This document shows positions 61,504-64,000 of a stretch of 64,000 bases of DNA, piece after piece. The notes beneath the pieces were generated by a model. The model saw only the letters and a list, made by a program, of their open reading frames with translations, searched no databases and had not been told where the DNA came from. Made by a program: the position numbers and the translations under genes. Source of the DNA: Phyllosticta citribraziliensis (Eukaryota); assembly GCF_038025025.1 (NCBI RefSeq), contig NW_027117350.1, positions 434,001-498,000 of the forward strand. The letters are read 5' to 3'. The number at the start of each line of letters is the position of its first letter. The stretch's first letter is position 1.

Positions 61504-62111
61504 AAGGACACTCAGCGCCAGGGTGCCTACTTGCTTTCTTGCTTGAATGGGCGACGGGGACGGAAGCACAAAGGAAAAAGTGACAGGAGTGGCAGCGGAA
61601 CAGCAATGGAACATTCAAAGAGAAGGCACCGTGGGGTCGAGGGTGGGTGTGGATTGCAATGCTGAGAGGAAGCTACCATGGCTTGGCGAGGCGTCGATCA
61701 GGGAAGACTTACAATGTGCGACTGCGAGCAAGAAAAAAACCGGGAACTCGAAATAGATCTAGCAGGAGGTTGCAGCAAAGAGGCCAGGAAGGGCAGGGCA
61801 GGGAGCGCGCTTTCCATCAGATAGCTGTCGGGCGCTGAAGTTGCTTTGTTGCTCTATATGTCCGAGAGATGATGGGCAGTGCTGTTCAGACGGTTCAATA
61901 TCACGAGTATTTCAAAGCCACTCTCAACTTGGATTTCTCAGCTGGTGATGCAGGTACTCGGACGATGCGGCTCAGCAGCGTGGGGCGGAAGATGGGCTAG
62001 AATAGAATTGGGTGGGGGCGATGGCTTATTTGGCACTTGCTCAGTATGTCCTATTATTGTCACGGGCAGTCAATCATGGCCTGTACAAGAGATTGATTCG
62101 TTTCGATGCAT

Positions 62112-63683
62112 CTAGACGCTGATTGTCTTGAAAACACTGTAGACTCGTTAGCAACTTGTCGTCGGAAAAGTGGTGTGCGCACGTACCCAAATCCGCTTCC
62201 TCCAGTTGCCATGACGGTACCTGGGATTTGCGGGTGCCAATGACCCTCCTTGACCTGCTCCATGTAATGCACAAACAGCAGCTGGGGCGGCACATCTTGG
62301 ACGCCGCCAGTGTCTTTGCTCTCCTCGTCATCCAACTCGACAGCCAAATCCCACAGCGTGAGGGTGTTGTCTCCCGCGGCGACGAGAACAATGCTGTCGT
62401 CGGTAGGATGCCACTCGACGGAGGTGATTTGCTCCTTGTGAAAGTCAAAGGATGCCACTGGGCTGGGCTTGGTCGTTGCGCCAGGCTTCCACTGGCGCAG
62501 GTCCCACACGCCCCAACGTCCATCATCGGCACCCGAGGCCAGCAGGTGCGCAGTCTGGTGAGACCAGGACAAGACGTTGACGTCGGTGTTGCTGGCCTGG
62601 ACCGTAATGACGGGCTTGCGAGACTTGGAGCGAACATCCCAGATGCGGACTGTACCGTCGTTGCCGGCAGACGCAAAGACGTTGCGCTCCGTCGGCGACC
62701 ATTGCAGCTCCTCGACCGTCTCGGCGTGGCCAGTGTAGGGGGTCGTGTCGGTCACAAAACCTCCACCCTGGGTCCGGGTCGTGGCAAAGATTTTTCCGCT
62801 AATGTCGCCAGTCAGCACCTTGCCCTCGGCCACCAGCGGTGACCAGTCAACAGCGTAACCCTCATTCTTGCCGTGGGCGCGAATGGTGCAAGCAGGCTTG
62901 GATTGCTGCGGGGTAAGAGTAGCGCCTGGCGTGTCAAAGCTGGCGAGGTGGGGCGTAATGTCGTGGATAAAGACTTGGCCAGACTCGGTCATTGTGGCCG
63001 TCAGTGTTGTCGGCGGCTGGGCAGACGTGACTTGTGGGGACTGGTGGGCCCGTATGCGGTTCGTCGTCGAGGACAGCGGGATGTTCTTGGTCTCCAGGAT
63101 GGGGTCGGCCGACTCTTCGTCGTCGCTCTCGTCGTCCTCCTCGGGCTCCTTTTCCATTCGGCTCAGACTGCTCATCTTCATGACCATGAGCTGGTTTTCC
63201 TTTTCGCGACCATATTCGGCTTGGGTTCCGGCCACTGAGTAAACGGTTGCGGGGTATGATGTGCGGTTGTCGCCGAGCTGGTCGCGGATGATGTCAAAGG
63301 AAAGGCAGGGCCAGGGGGCGTCGAGAGTGTGCAGCATTTCGTATGTGGACAGATCGGGAGAGAGTGTCTCGCCGGCACTCAATTTGTGGCGTCCGGGTAT
63401 AAAAGTGCTCTGGTCCACGTCCATGGCGTCTTGGAGAATGATTAGCAATCTGGACGGAGAGATGGGACAGCAGCGACTTACTCTCACGCTCCTCAGCTTC
63501 GCGCTCCTCGTCTGGCCTGCCATCTACACCAGCCTCGAGTATTTCGTCTTCGCTTTCGAATTCATCCTCAAACTCGTCCTCAAAGTCGCCGGCGTCGTCG
63601 AGGTTCTGGGGGTCGACAGGACGCTCGCCCTGCTTGAGGGTCTCGCGCTCGTCGTCGGCGGGCTCTGCGGGGCGTTTGCTCAT
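62112..63683 (-). CDS. RRB1: WD40 ribosome assembly factor Rrb1 (GRWD1)
   Basis: Acidic N-terminus, WPCLSFD, EGYAVDWS, VEELQWSP, VPPQLLFVH and the FKTISV end. Introns 63430-63481 and about 62137-62185. Confidence 0.95.
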
Positions 63684-64000
63684 GGCGAATGTGGATGTTA
63701 CCTAGGTACAGTGGGCGAGCAACAGCCCTGCGTCGCAACTTTTTTGTCGGCGGTCATGGATCCAAGCTCCGACGGGAGAAGTGCCGAGGAGAGGCCGAGA
63801 CCTGGAGCGTGTCGCGGAGGCCAGGCCAGGCCAGGGTGCAGTGTCAGGACTCAGGGCACGTCCAGGGGACTTGACGGAAGACGAGTGCGGGGTCCGGATT
63901 CACGTCTCCACGTCGCCAGGTGCGGGCAGCAGAGGTCCAAGAAAGCTTGACAGAAGCCTCGGGCTCGAATTGACTTTGCTCATTTCAACCTTGCCATCGG

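Overview
Gene-dense, intron-containing filamentous ascomycete DNA (probably Dothideomycetes; this is inferred from protein style, not tested). About 24 protein-coding loci. Housekeeping genes: PTC1, VPS2/DID4, FZO1, a DUF4604 protein, a KTR5-like GT15, YRB1, TAF14, PIF1, DUG3, MGM1, CUL4, BMT6 and RRB1. Two secreted chitin-related enzymes: a multi-module CE4 deacetylase and a CBM18-AA7 oxidase. A reductive iron assimilation cluster (ferric reductase plus divergent FET3/FTR1) carries SreA-type ATCAGATAA sites. Most interesting observations: (1) a frameshifted GIY-YIG-nuclease-like plus zinc-finger gene inside the iron cluster, whose first frame change falls exactly on a G_GGU_UUA slippery heptamer; (2) an unexplained ~360-nt highly structured RNA-like element at 8885-9245; (3) two structured introns in TAF14, one of them in frame and stop-free; (4) a BTB protein with four N/Q/G-rich 28-aa repeats; (5) a FET3 with non-canonical catalytic residues. 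All calls come from reading the sequence; no searches or folding programs were run.
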